A stretch of 63,213 nucleotides of DNA, filler included, from Collodictyon triciliatum (lineage: Eukaryota): the NCBI GenBank assembly GCA_043381765.1. It is 5 parts of 5 records of this genome, joined end to end, with 100 filler letters (N's around TTAATTAATTAA, not from the genome) between each part and the next. Parts side by side here need not be neighbours in the genome. Positions count along the whole stretch, not along the records: positions 1 to 17,184 come from JBHJMP010002354.1; positions 17,285 to 28,889 come from JBHJMP010002355.1; 3 more parts are not named here. One strand, given 5' to 3'. Positions 11,611 to 24,054 of this stretch are shown piece after piece. Numbering within the stretch: position 1 is the first letter of the stretch; every line of letters begins with the position of its first letter. The translations under genes were made by a program, and so were the position numbers. A model generated the notes under the pieces. That model was not told the origin of the DNA and made no database searches. It saw only the letters and a list, made by a program, of their open reading frames with translations.

Positions 11611-13843
11611 NNNNNNNNNNNNNNNNNNNNNNNNNNNNNNNNNNNNNNNNNNNNNNNNNNNNNNNNNNNNNNNNNNNNNNNNNNNNNNNNNNNNNNNNNN
11701 NNNNNNNNNNNNNNNNNNNNNNNNNNNNNNNNNNNNNNNNNNNNNNNNNNNNNNNNNNNNNNNNNNNNNNNNNNNNNNNNNNNNNNNNNNNNNNNNNNNN
11801 NNNNNNNNNNNNNNNNNNNNNNNNNNNNNNNNNNNNNNNNNNNNNNNNNNNNNNNNNNNNNNNNNNNNNNNNNNNNNNNNNNNNNNNNNNNNNNNNNNNN
11901 NNNNNNNNNNNNNNNNNNNNNNNNNNNNNNNNNNNNNNNNNNNNNNNNNNNNNNNNNNNNNNNNNNNNNNNNNNNNNNNNNNNNNNNNNNNNNNNNNNNN
12001 NNNNNNNNNNNNNNNNNNNNNNNNNNNNNNNNNNNNNNNNNNNNNNNNNNNNNNNNNNNNNNNNNNNNNNNNNNNNNNNNNAACAAACAAACAAACAAAC
12101 AAACAAACAAACAAACAAACAAACAAACAAACAAACAAACAAACAAACAAACAAACAAACAAACAAACAAACACAAAAAATCGAGAACAATTGTATTATA
12201 AACCAACCCGACTCCTTTTGCTATGAACTCGAGCTGTTGACAAATAGTGGCTCTAACCTCGTAGTCAGTATCTTGGCACAACATAAGACATCTTCGAAAA
12301 AATGTGGATTCAATCACCTGCGAATGATGCAGAAGATAATGTTAAGTGCTAATCAAACAAGATATTATTTTGTTTGTATGTTAGATGTGATACAATCACG
12401 ATTTGCTGATCGGTTGTAATGAGTTTCAAAAAATATAAAAGTTGCTCCTGAATCAGCGAGATAGGAACATCAGCAATCGACTGAAAAGAGGACAAATAGA
12501 AAAGTATGAATAAATGGAATATGTTTGAATATGTTACTTACGTGAGGGTCAAGGTAAGCCGCAAGAGCACCCATTATTTTAGCGGCAATTACTCGGGTAG
12601 GGACCAAATTACTTAGGTCTGATTTGCTGATTACAAACTCAACAATCTATGTTGATTAATACACAAGTGAAAACGGAGTGACTAGAAGATTGAGAATAAA
12701 CTGCCTTGGTATACCTTTCCCTTTAGTACTTCCGGGGGTAGTTGACCCATAGCAGACACAAGCGTATTTGACCAGGCGTTCGTTACATCCCCATCTGAGC
12801 GGCCTTGTAGCATATTTAACATACTAGGAAGGAAATATTCGGCGACCTAAAAGTAATTTTAGGCATTAACAAACGATTATGGTTTCCCCATTCACATAAA
12901 AATATTCAAATTGCCAAGCCGTGCGATATAAGCAGCAAAAAAAGATATATTTGCGCTCTACTCAAATGATACAGAACGACCAGATAGAGTTTCACTGCTA
13001 CAAGAAAGAAAAGATAAATGTGTGTTGTGAAAGTAACCTGCTTTGGTGTCAGAGTCTTTGTCTCTATACAAGAAACTACGGTTTCTGCAATCATGATTTG
13101 GAGCCCAGAGTCCATGTTATGCAAAATATTATCTTTCTGCGAATGCACGCGGCGCAGAAAGTTTGAATGATACAGCAACCAGTGGTCAAGATTCATCAAA
13201 GCAAAATAAAATAAAATAAAAAACTAAAACATCACTCGATTTCTTCATTATAGGAACAAAGTGACGGGCGGGTTCCGAATAATAGTCATAAGATTTTCGT
13301 CTCTCGGGTAGAGTTCATGGGCGCAATATCATGCAGTAGACAAAATATTACCAGGAGTTTCGGGAAGATCCTTTCGGCAACTGTTCGGTGGTTTTGCTTG
13401 AAAAGGTACAAGATCGACTGGATGCCACTGGCTTTTTGGATCAGATGCTGACTCTCGATCAGGATACAGACGCGGTCAAACTCGGACATATCATCAGCCA
13501 AGGTGAAGATTTGCAACTCTTCCTCACTCTAGCAAGGTATATAGAACGAAGGTTTGAGAATCACAACCAAATGCGCTCATGCTCATGCTCGAAGTATAAT
13601 TGTTAAGGACACACTGGTATTGGAGTGCCTTGTGTGTATTAAGTAAAAATAAAAAAAAGAAGGAAAAGTGGGAAAAAACAAAAACAAAAAAAAGGAATAT
13701 ATATGTAAGGTATCTATTGAATGAAAGACAAAGCGAAAGGGTTTCGAGTGAACCTTGAGGGACTGTTTCAGGGCATCCATGCTCTCGCTGACCATCTTTC
13801 CAGTGTCCCAGTCAGCCAGCAAGGCTTCGACTTTGGTCCCCAT
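6871..13843 (-). CDS. PPP4R4: Serine/threonine-protein phosphatase 4 regulatory subunit 4 (HEAT-repeat) with a long Ser/Pro-rich C-terminal tail; multi-exon, spans two sized gaps
   Basis: N-terminal SEEELQIFTLADDMSEFDRVCILI...RIFPKL and HEAT motifs LCQDTDYEVRATICQQLEFIAKGVG, ELLKDEETSVKNAAF, LLQDDSIEVKLALADHFDQIL, DSVPNVRLKFC and DKDRDVSTAA match my recollection of PP4R4. The last exon ends GLGRNRRF* at 6871. Confidence 0.85.
7356..7976. repeat. Intronic T-rich minisatellites (TTTTGTTTC-like and 11-mer CTATTTTGTTT) flanking an N gap
   Basis: Directly visible on both sides of gap 7518-7878, inside a PPP4R4 intron. Confidence 0.93.
11525..12172. repeat. Intronic (CA)n and (AAAC)n microsatellites flanking an N gap
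   Basis: Directly visible around gap 11611-12080. Confidence 0.95.
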
Positions 13844-14589
13844 TCGAGCCGCTGCTTCTTCTGCTCTTTGTCTTGATGTTCTTTGCACGTAGTTGCTGAT
13901 TCAATTACTTTCCAGGATCAAAAAAAAAAGGAGAAAAGGGGTTTTCGAGAGAGAAAAAAAAAAGCTTAGGGTTCGTGCAAAAAAAGATGAAAAAAAAAAG
14001 GAGAGTCTTAGGTCATCAAGCTGATCGCGAAGAAGCGCGGCAAAGAAAAAAAAAGCTGATTCGATTTGTGATTGATCACATTAGCCAGCTCAATTTTTTT
14101 GATGGTGTGATGAAAGATACAAACGGCGGTCCAAGAATAGGTTTATTCACTGAATTGCATGCTCCTAGTCCATATATGGACATTTCTTCATGTGGCTCGC
14201 AACGGTTTCCAAATTCCACAACTGGGCGATGAAAGAATCTGTGTACTTTTGCCTTGATGCATTATCCGCTGTGTTAAATTGTAATACATATGAATTTATC
14301 TAGCAATTATTGTTTACATAAACCATTAGTACCAGATATAAACGCTCAGGTCATGTCGTTGCTAGCCATAATTCTAATATTTATAAATTCCAGATTTAGA
14401 AAAACAAATATCTTTTCATCGCCAATGAACGGCATCCCTTTTCGTTTGCTTCTGTCTGGTTTATTCATTCAGCCGACTCAGCGCAAGAACACGAACATAT
14501 TCTTTTAATCCATGCGTTAATGACTCTGGTGCATCATCGGTGCGGTTGGGCATCATATGTAAATAGCGAGGGTGATTTGCTTTGTAGGC

Positions 14590-16720
14590 CTACTCCCAAT
14601 CGTCCCACCCTTCTTCTTCAGCAGGCTTTTTCCCTGCCTCGGCGGGTGCTGCCACTCTGATTTCCTTCGGGGGCGCCACTACAATCTCGTAGTCTTGTTC
14701 GGCCGGCTCAGTAGAAGTGTTTTGCAAGCTGCACGCTGCAAGAGAGGCTCTCAAGTCAACCACAACTACATCACTGGAGGAGGAGGAGGAATAAGCCGAT
14801 TCCTCCTCGAGAGATTCTTTGTGTGCGTTTCCGCTAGGCATGTCCGACTGATTCGGGTTTGTTTGTTCTGGTTCCTGTCCTCCAGGGTGCTTTCCTTGTG
14901 GATCTGAAAGTAAACCAAGAAAGTATGGTCAATATCCGATACAAACACGCGAAAAACGTTGAGCATTCATTTTATTATTGAATACTCTGGTAGGTGTTTG
15001 GGGGTAGATTACAGTGAATGGGAGCCACATTGGTATTTATCAGTTCTTTGTAACTAAAATATGAAATCCAAAGGCTCATTGTTGTAAAATCACTTGCCTT
15101 TGCATTCTTCTGATGGTTCTATGTCCTTTTCCTTCGATTGTCCGTCACTGGTATTCTGGTTGATTTCTTCAGTAACAATCGTGTGCTCTTCCGTTTCGTC
15201 ATCCCCAATGTCCCAACCCAATTCGTCATCCACGTTGCTTCCTTCCACCGTTTCTATTTCATGGATGAAAACAAATGATACATCATTGGGGTGTTTCGAT
15301 GGAGATTTGGATTGCTCTTAAATTCTGTTCAATATTAAGGTGGTGGCATATAGCATATTGTAATATTATTGGATTGTTTCTCAGGTGTGTAAGCAAGTTA
15401 AAGAAGGGAGAAACATCCTACTTTTAAGCAAAGCTTGTCGACGAGCTTCCTCTTCATGAAATTTGTGAATCTTAAAGAAGTAACGAGTCCAAAAGTCATT
15501 ATAATTGACGGTCTTCGGGACTAATATAATCACAACAAGGTTTTACGCACTGCACATTTGTGGCAAATATGACATCGAAGAAAAAACAAGGAAAGAAAGT
15601 GATATCTAGCGCGAAAGTCTGACAACATATACCTAGTTTATGATGTATGGATCGTAATTCATCGTTGGTTCCAAGAAGCTGGGCTATTTCTTCAGTTTTA
15701 GTGTTCAGGTCAAATGCTTTAAGCCACAGGGTATATGTATTCTCTGGAGTTGGTTGAGCAGTGTATGTTTGTGTATCTTTCTGAATAGCTAAAATTTGAG
15801 CATCCACTCGATTTAATCTATATTTTTCATTGAGGAAAATGAGAAAACATGAGACTGTAGCAAAAAAAAAATGAAAGAAAAAACATCAAATATTATCATG
15901 GACTATTCAGTTCGGATAGCAGGTCGGTTACATTTGCATTTCGGGCATTTGCTCTCCAGGGAACTTTGTAAATGTAGAGTTTTCATCAAGCATATCGCCG
16001 AGCCATGCAATTGATGCCTTGACATGCCCAGACAATGCCGCAAGTGATGGCGCTGGGAGGATAGATACTCCACTAACGGAGTCTTTTGGAGTTTTTGAAG
16101 ATGATGTTTCACTTGCCGATGGTGTAGACGAAGACAGAGAGTTTAATACATCTTGAGCCTCATCATCGCCTTCTGTGAGAGGATTTGCTCTCCCTCGGAT
16201 GGCCTCTTTTGTGTCATCGGTGATAGTCTTTGCAAATTCGTTCACATCATGCCTTATTACATCAGTGATTACGACCGTCTGACATACATGAAAAACGTCA
16301 ATTATGGAGGGTCATTTAATGTGAAAGACACCAAAAAAAATAATAATAATGGCATTTTCTACCTTACAACTTCATAGCGATGGACAAAGAGATATATGCA
16401 CACATACAACATATGATGCTGAATGCTAGAATAACCTTTTCTTTTATGAAGCCCCAGAAGGAAGATGGCTCCTGTTCCTTTGCAGGGGCGGCAGCGGGCG
16501 TGGTAAAGCTTGTGGCAAAGGAAGAAAAGAAGCCAAACCCTGCCGAGGGAGCAGCCTCTTTCTTGGAGTCAGATCTGGTTCATTCCTCTCGGTTTGAGTC
16601 GAGCCACGTCAATAATTAAAAAAACCAATAAAATAATGAAACAGAGTGAATGGAGAAGAAGCAAGGAAGAGATAATAAACACAATCACCCGCCAGGAGTA
16701 TTGGTTTCAAGGGGATCCAT
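14590..16720 (-). CDS. BSDC1: BSD domain-containing protein (BSDC1/DOS2-like); multi-exon
   Basis: Spliced BSD core FDLNTKTEEIAQLLGTNDELRSIHHKLVPKTVNYNDFWTRYFFKIHKFHEEEARRQALLK and acidic C-terminus EEEGWDDWE*, typical of the family. Start MDPLETNTPGG at 16720 joins in frame to the next exon (SDSKKEAAP...SSFWGFIKEK). Confidence 0.85.
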
Positions 16721-17184
16721 AGACTGGGCCTAGACTAGGAAAGTCGTTTGAGAGCGCAATAAGATCGTGGCCGAGGTTGAAACTGCAGCAAGCACTCTGC
16801 ACCGAGTTTCGAGCAGGAGGCAAGAGAATAAAAACTTGGAAAACAGAGAGTGGTTGGAGCAAACAATGCTGCCCAGTACTTGATAAATGATGCTACACAG
16901 CAGACTCTTCAAGAATCCCTCAGAAAGAACACGTCTTCTCCCACCGCGCCGCCTGCTTTTTCACGACACGTATCTACCGATCCAAGCAGGGTTTGGTAAT
17001 ATCGAAAAGTTCAAATTCCACAATAGACACAGAATCTATTACCTATAGTGGAAGAGATGAACATTTTTTTTTATTCGAAAAGTCTTAGCTGTTGAGCCCG
17101 TCTCAACAATCTTTCATTCAACCATCAGGCAAGTAGTTCCAAAGTAGGTGGGGATGTGTGGGAGATAGAAAAAGAAAAACAGGG

Positions 17185-17284
17185 NNNNNNNNNNNNNNNN
17201 NNNNNNNNNNNNNNNNNNNNNNNNNNNNTTAATTAATTAANNNNNNNNNNNNNNNNNNNNNNNNNNNNNNNNNNNNNNNNNNNN
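17185..17284. other. Artificial 100-bp scaffold join
   Basis: 44 N + TTAATTAATTAA (17229-17240, stops in all six frames) + 44 N. Confidence 0.97.
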
Positions 17285-17388
17285 TAGAAAAATAGAAAAA
17301 TAGAAAAATAGAAAAAAAGAAAAAAAGAAAAAAAGAAAAAAGAAAAAAAAAAAAAAAAAAAAAAAGAAAAAAAGAAAAAAGAAAAAAG

Positions 17389-17466
<78 letters not shown>

Positions 17467-17500
17467 AAAAAAAGAAAAAAAGAAAAAGAAAAAAAGAAAA
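17285..17500. repeat. A-rich low-complexity tract (GAAAAAA units and poly-A)
   Basis: Directly visible at the contig start. Confidence 0.93.
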
Positions 17501-17597
17501 GTAAACACAAACATGAACATGAAAAACAAACCACTACAAAAAACGAACAACGACAAACGCTTGTATAAACTATCTGACTATTTATATTTTCTCACAG

Positions 17598-20500
17598 GGA
17601 GATAGTTGGGCCAGTTTTGATGAAGTTCACAAACATATGGTCTTCTATAGTCCAGGCTCTGTGTCTTGGATACCTTTTTTTCAGCGCCGTATAAAATCTC
17701 CACCAGTGAGGTTGGTTTCTGATATGATCACAGATATGGTTTATTTTTTTTTAATTTTTCCTTCTTTCATATAGTAGCATCTGTTATGAGTCAGGCCTCA
17801 TATACCATTATTAGGATAATAATTAGCAAATATAAACATCCTACATAATCTATTTAATTATTTCCCTATGATAAACGATATTATACATTTTCATAATCGT
17901 GCACGCTTAATATTGAGTGCAACTCAGTACGATGTATGTCTCTCTTACTTACTGAACTTATGTCTACATGGAAAAATCATTTTTTCACAGCATACAATAT
18001 ACTGGTCCAATATTAGCCGCAAAACTCTCTGTAGATTCAGCCCATATTTGTTATCAAATATCGACGGTGGAAATAGTAATAATGCCGTCTACTTATCAGA
18101 ATATTGTTCACCTCATTCCAATTTTCATGCTTGTAATATTTATATACTCATGCCTTCCTTCAGCATATTCTGATTAATCTTTTGGTTAAACTAATATCTC
18201 AAAAAAAAAAAAAAAACAACAACAACGAACAAAGGTTTTCAAATGTTTGAAAAAGAATATCGAGTTTCCATACAAGTGCCAGAAAATTGGCAGTGGCAAC
18301 CAAATCATGCAAATCATATGGACACATTCAGGAGAGCTGGTTCTGGTGACAAAAATGAGCCTTGAGTTTCTGAAAGTACAAATTTTCTTTACCAAGAAAT
18401 ACATCCAAAAAACATGAACCTGTTTACCTTAAACACTGAGAGTATACGTTTATATCAATGATGTACCATACAGATATTTGACAAGATTTTATATATACTA
18501 TATGCTGACACAGAACGCATAGCCACAAATATTCCTACCAATATTAAGACACTTTACTATCAACTATTATGTTAATCGTGATGAAATATATTCAAGTTAA
18601 CATCAAAGAACACAATCCGTCTCATAACTACTTTGCCTATCGACGTGTCTTGGTTCGTTTATTCGGTGTGTATTCGATCTTCAACCGAAATATTTTAAAA
18701 AAACCCTCGATTTAGTGTATCCAAGGTTTTATTAACTAAAATTCTGTAAATAGCATGAAAATAGGTTATTATCAGTTGGAACGACCCCGTCAGGAAAGTA
18801 AAAGGATATTTTATTCTTTCCTTTTAAATATAGCATCCAATAATTAATTGTTGATAACATTTACTAAATTGCATGCGTTTTGTCTCATTTTCCCCAGAGT
18901 AGTACATCTTTACCATTTCCCTCCTGAATCTGTTATCAAACTACCTAAGTTTAACCTGTCCATCAACCCGGATTCATACATACAGTCAAACGAGATTTAT
19001 ATATCGCAAATGTAATTTTGAAGCACATATTTTATCGAATGAAAATCATGCAGGCCTAGTGCCAAGTTTAATTCTGTCCTTAGTAAATCTTGCAATTTGA
19101 AAGATCTAAAGAATTCAACTTTAGTGCCATAGCGCTTTTGACTAAAGCGAGTCAACATATATTAGATATGAAATTCTCTTCTTTATACATATAGACCCTG
19201 AGGCAAATAAAATGTTTCTTTATCAGGTATGTTCTGATACTACTAAAACCTAACTGATAAAGTATGGATATTGCCTTATATCGCGAACCTTTCTCCATCT
19301 CATCAGCCTATGGATTTATTGATGTTTGTTAATCAGATTGGCCGAGATGATGTCAAATTACGCCGAGTTATCAACCTCCCAGTTGGACAGGAGTATGCAT
19401 GCAGCGTCTTGGACAACATTCTGATAATTCACGCTACAGATACCAAGGTACATTACATCATCCGATACGACTTTTTTATACACAAGCACGGGTTGAGTAC
19501 ATAATTCCTTATGAATCCTTCATCTCTGCTTTCATACACATGAGTACATCACGCCTCTTCTGGACACTAAATTATGTAATTTTTGAAAGGTCTCGATGCT
19601 ATACGACTTGAAAAGCACACTCGATGTAATGATTGCATACATATAAATATTCTATCATACTACATTTTTCCTTCAAATATTATATTTTTAGTCACATTTC
19701 CTAGTTTATATCTTTGGCTCATTTATTTATATAGATGTCACCTTTCTTTTTATAAAAAAATACACTTGATTGCAGGGTTTATACACCATGGTATACTTTT
19801 AACATTCACCATCTGTAAAGCTCGCCATATGATGGGCCATTAATATGAAACATTTGAAAATACTTTTAGATACCTGTGTCTCTCCCATCCACAATTACTT
19901 ACCAGTTGTCAGAACGCGTTTTGAATAAAATCAGCAGCCTACCACAATCCAGCTCTTCGGGACCACAATCTGATTCAGGATTTTATTCTGTGCCAACATC
20001 AGACACATCTACCTTAAATGTATATCCAAAAGTATCAACTAGTTTTTCATCTCCTGTATCTTCTCGGTCAATTTCCACGCCTGGTTCAAACTCATATGGA
20101 GGGATATATGAGTCGCCTTTGTCCTCCTCGAGTCTTGATTCTTCAATAACACTACCAAGTTCCCCAATGACATGCCCCCAAATATGTAATTTTAACACGA
20201 AAATTATCTTAAAATTATTTGGTCCATATATCAATTTAGATGTTTATTTGCTACTGGTTTCCTTCCCGAACCCTTTTTTTTCCTGTTTTTTTCTTGTGGA
20301 GATAACCATACGTTTTTTTTTTTTTTTTNNNNNNNNNNNNNNNNNNNNNNNNNNNNNNNNNNNNNNNNNNNNNNNNNNNNNNNNNNNNNNNNNNNNNNNN
20401 NNNNNNNNNNNNNNNNNNNNNNNNNNNNNNNNNNNNNNNNNNNNNNNNNNNNNNNNNNNNTTTTTTTTTTTTTTAAAAAAAAAAAAAGATACAGGCATCG

Positions 20501-23500
20501 GCTTATTCTACTTACCGAATATATTAGTTGATTCAAATTTGGTTTGTTATCAAAATTAAACAATATTTATTTATGCTCTTTTTAAAGTGATATAAATAAT
20601 GAAATCTAAATAAGGGGGTTTATTTGAAGTTTCCCCAATTACTGATCTGAATTCAAAAAGAATTCATTTTAAAATAAGTATCTCATTTATATTCTGAAAA
20701 CGCCAATTCTTCCAACACAATGAAACACAATAGGGTATGGCATTCGATGTTAGAGTAAATCTGAAGGAACTCTCAAAAGATATAACAGATGCCTCTCGTA
20801 TGATAAGCTTCTTGTTAAGAAGAACAGGCGGAAAACCATTTGCCCTTGAGGTATCCTAACAAATAAAATAATAATAATAATTTATAGCACATCATTAAAG
20901 CTTTTCTAGTTTGTAACTCTTTACTCATGTTCAAAATCTCCTCGGCTGTAGCTTTTACGAACTTGTATTGAAAAGTCTCTTCGATTACCCGAAATAACTC
21001 TAGTTTTCAACAATATTAACGCGACATACAGAAGCGTGTTGGTCGACAGGTTCTTTACAATCATATTTTCCCTCTACGTCAAAGCTATTGTATTTTATTT
21101 ATTTATTTCTGTATTTCCAATTATATTCACAAATCGAATTTTTTTTTTAAAAAAAATTATGTTGGGTAAATAAAAAAATATAGAATTCGAGAATCATCGT
21201 TTCGGCAGGCTAGGAACCAGCCCTTACTTAAAGGAGACAGGTACGTATGATAACGGAATTCGACATGGATTATACTTTTGTATATGCTTTGTTTGCGTTG
21301 CTAATAAACTATGCATATGAAATTCAGAAGAACTTCGGTCAGCGCTAATATTGCGACTGCTTTCGACGATTTTATCATGGTCGACAACATACTTGGTGTG
21401 ATACTTTATTATCATATAATTATGTTGAAGTTTGGATTGCCTCTCACCCTAAGCAACAAGACTGAAAAAGTCTATTTTTTTTATTGGCAAGTAAACTGAA
21501 CCAATAATTGCTAAATGAGAATTTATTTCCCATGAATATATTCCATAGATATTCCTGAACCTAGCATGCCCAGCCTTGATGAACCCATGTGTGTGAAATA
21601 ATTTAGTTGATAATAGGCTATGTTTTTCCCCCTTCCTTCTTTCAATCAAAAATAATCGGTCATGCCTTTGACATTGATTCATAACCTCTTTGACTAAAGA
21701 CCAATACTCCCTTACTCTATCTAGAAGTGGAGATGATGCATCCAAGGCGACACAAAAAGTATATATGTACATATAATATTGCCATTTTAAAATTAAGTAA
21801 GGAAAATAACACCCAATAATATTAAAATATGTAGTGTGCCCTTTAGTAATCATACAATATGACTAAAATATCATTACAGAGTATTCGGGCTGAAGGTCAT
21901 GTAGAGAATCAAATATTTATAGACCAGGATGATATATACAAGGATGTATTTTGTCATTTAGGGGAAGCGAAGGTTTGATATACATATTTTAAGTAGCATC
22001 TATAACGGCCTTCGCGCTTTTTTTTTTTATAGCCATATATTCGAAACCCCCTTTTTTATTCCCCTTAGCAATCAATTATATATATTTTTCATATTTGATA
22101 ATCGACGGCTCAAAAACGAACGCAACGAAAGACAATCAACTTCAAGTATCTTCTTGCGGTTTGCATGGAATACACCCGTAGCCTTCTGGATAATCGATTA
22201 CGAGTCAAGCACTTCATCTACCAGTTCATTATTGATTTGTTGATACAGCAAAAAGCGTTCTACCAACTTCACCAGGTTCTTAGCGTACCATAAAAAATGA
22301 AACGTTTTAAATCAGTGGAGAGGGAAAAAATAATGAAAATTGATAGATTGATATTATATTTATCTATATAGTTAGATAAGTATAGTATCATAGATGGAAA
22401 TACCATATATTTTATGTTAAACGCAACCTCCGAACAAATTATGATGAAGAGAACTATATAGTTCCTGCAGTATCATGTTATTTCAGATTCGCTCCCGGTC
22501 GCTTGTCAACTCCTATCGCTAGAACAAGTCTACAAACCAGCGTATCAGGTATTCTACACATTTAGGATACTCTATATTACTGAATCATACTATAAATCCC
22601 TCCGATAAACAAATTTTGAGTGCAATTATTCTACTGTAAGTGCGATTTTGCTCTCTTTTCTCTTATAATTATATCCCCACAACCCATCTATTAGTTTTTA
22701 AATTAATCTATTAGTATTATTTTTGCATGCTAGCTTGCGTTGGATATGTTCAAACGTCTTGGGGATGTCGACACAATTATGGAGGCTCTTTTGTCAAGAA
22801 ATCAGGCAAGCAAATTCGTATTGCTTCAGATGAAACTGAGCATTTCTCATTCACTCCCACCTGTGCTTATACACCTTCACTTACCGTTAAGTTAATACAA
22901 GACAATCAAAGTCCATCCGATAACGATAAATACGGAACCTTCATACTTTACACATTTTTTTATTTTGTGAATAAATTTGCGTGGGATAATTGTGCTCGCT
23001 TTATACACGCATAGCTAATAATGTTGTTTTCAAAGATAAAGAAGAAAATACCCACCGTAACACGCATTCACTCATCAAAAAGGTATTGGCAGCGATGAGG
23101 TTTGCTCGGGGCCAAAAAATCAGCAGTGTTATACCACGGAGAATATTAGAGGTCGCCAGTACAATAGGAGACCCAACTACTTTTTTCATTGCTTACAAAG
23201 TAAGAATGACATAATCTTGGTGGTGCACACAAACATATTCACACTAAAGGAGCCCATTAGAGGAATGATAACTAAAGAATTGTTCGGAAAACATTGAAAG
23301 CCATATATAATAGTTTCTTTTGTAGAAGCCTTTTTCATTTAATTATCTCGTTTCGTCCCCGAATATCATCAAAAAGTAATCGTCATCTATATCTGGCAGT
23401 GGTTAGAGATGAGGAATGAAGCACTTCGGGGGCTGCCTGATTTCACACAGGAGGATGCTTGTGAAGAGTTTGTGGTGATGTTCCGAGACATGTTTGGGAA

Positions 23501-23528
23501 AGAGAAACCGGTCAATGCTATAAATTAA
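17598..23528 (+). CDS. RMC1: Regulator of MON1-CCZ1 complex (RMC1/C18orf8/Mic1); 5' end lost in the assembly join at 17185-17284
   Basis: Exons encode SFDEVHKH..., IDVSWFVYSHENRLLSVG, YACSVLDNILIIH, FLLRR and the Mic1 C-terminal block FYQLHQFLQYHVISDSLPVACQLLSLEQVYKPAYQLALDMFKRL...VLAAMRFARG...RNEALRGLPDFTQEDACEEFVVMFRDMFG. Stop TAA at 23526-23528. Confidence 0.9.
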
Positions 23529-24054
23529 GTTCGCGTGAAGATGTTGCTCAAGATTACAGATGGGATAATTAGAATCCAGCCAGCAGATTCTCTCCTATGT
23601 TTTTTCTCTCTTTCTCTCTCTCTCTCTTTCTTTCTTTCTTCCTCGCCTGTGGCAGCTTTCATGCTCTTCCCAATTCATATTATTCAGCGATTATCTCAAA
23701 AGGGGAAACTATATTATAAACTCTTTTCAATAATTAAAGAATAGACGCAGACATCCTCAACGTAGAGCGAATAAAATATTTTCTTCTTCAAAGAATGCCT
23801 GTGTAATTTTGGCAATGGTATTCTTTCTTGCTGCCGTTACTAACACCATCGTAGTTTCATGTCGTACTACCTCGATAGAAATATAATAAATAAATAAAAT
23901 AGCAATCGACATGAGCGCCGAAAACATTTAAAATAATTCACACATTTTATGGTTTCCTGAATGGAGATAGTATATAGTCTTTATTAAGTCTATATGATGT
24001 GCCTTTTCATATGAAAACAGTCCACCAAACAATGACACGGGATTATTCTGGGAG

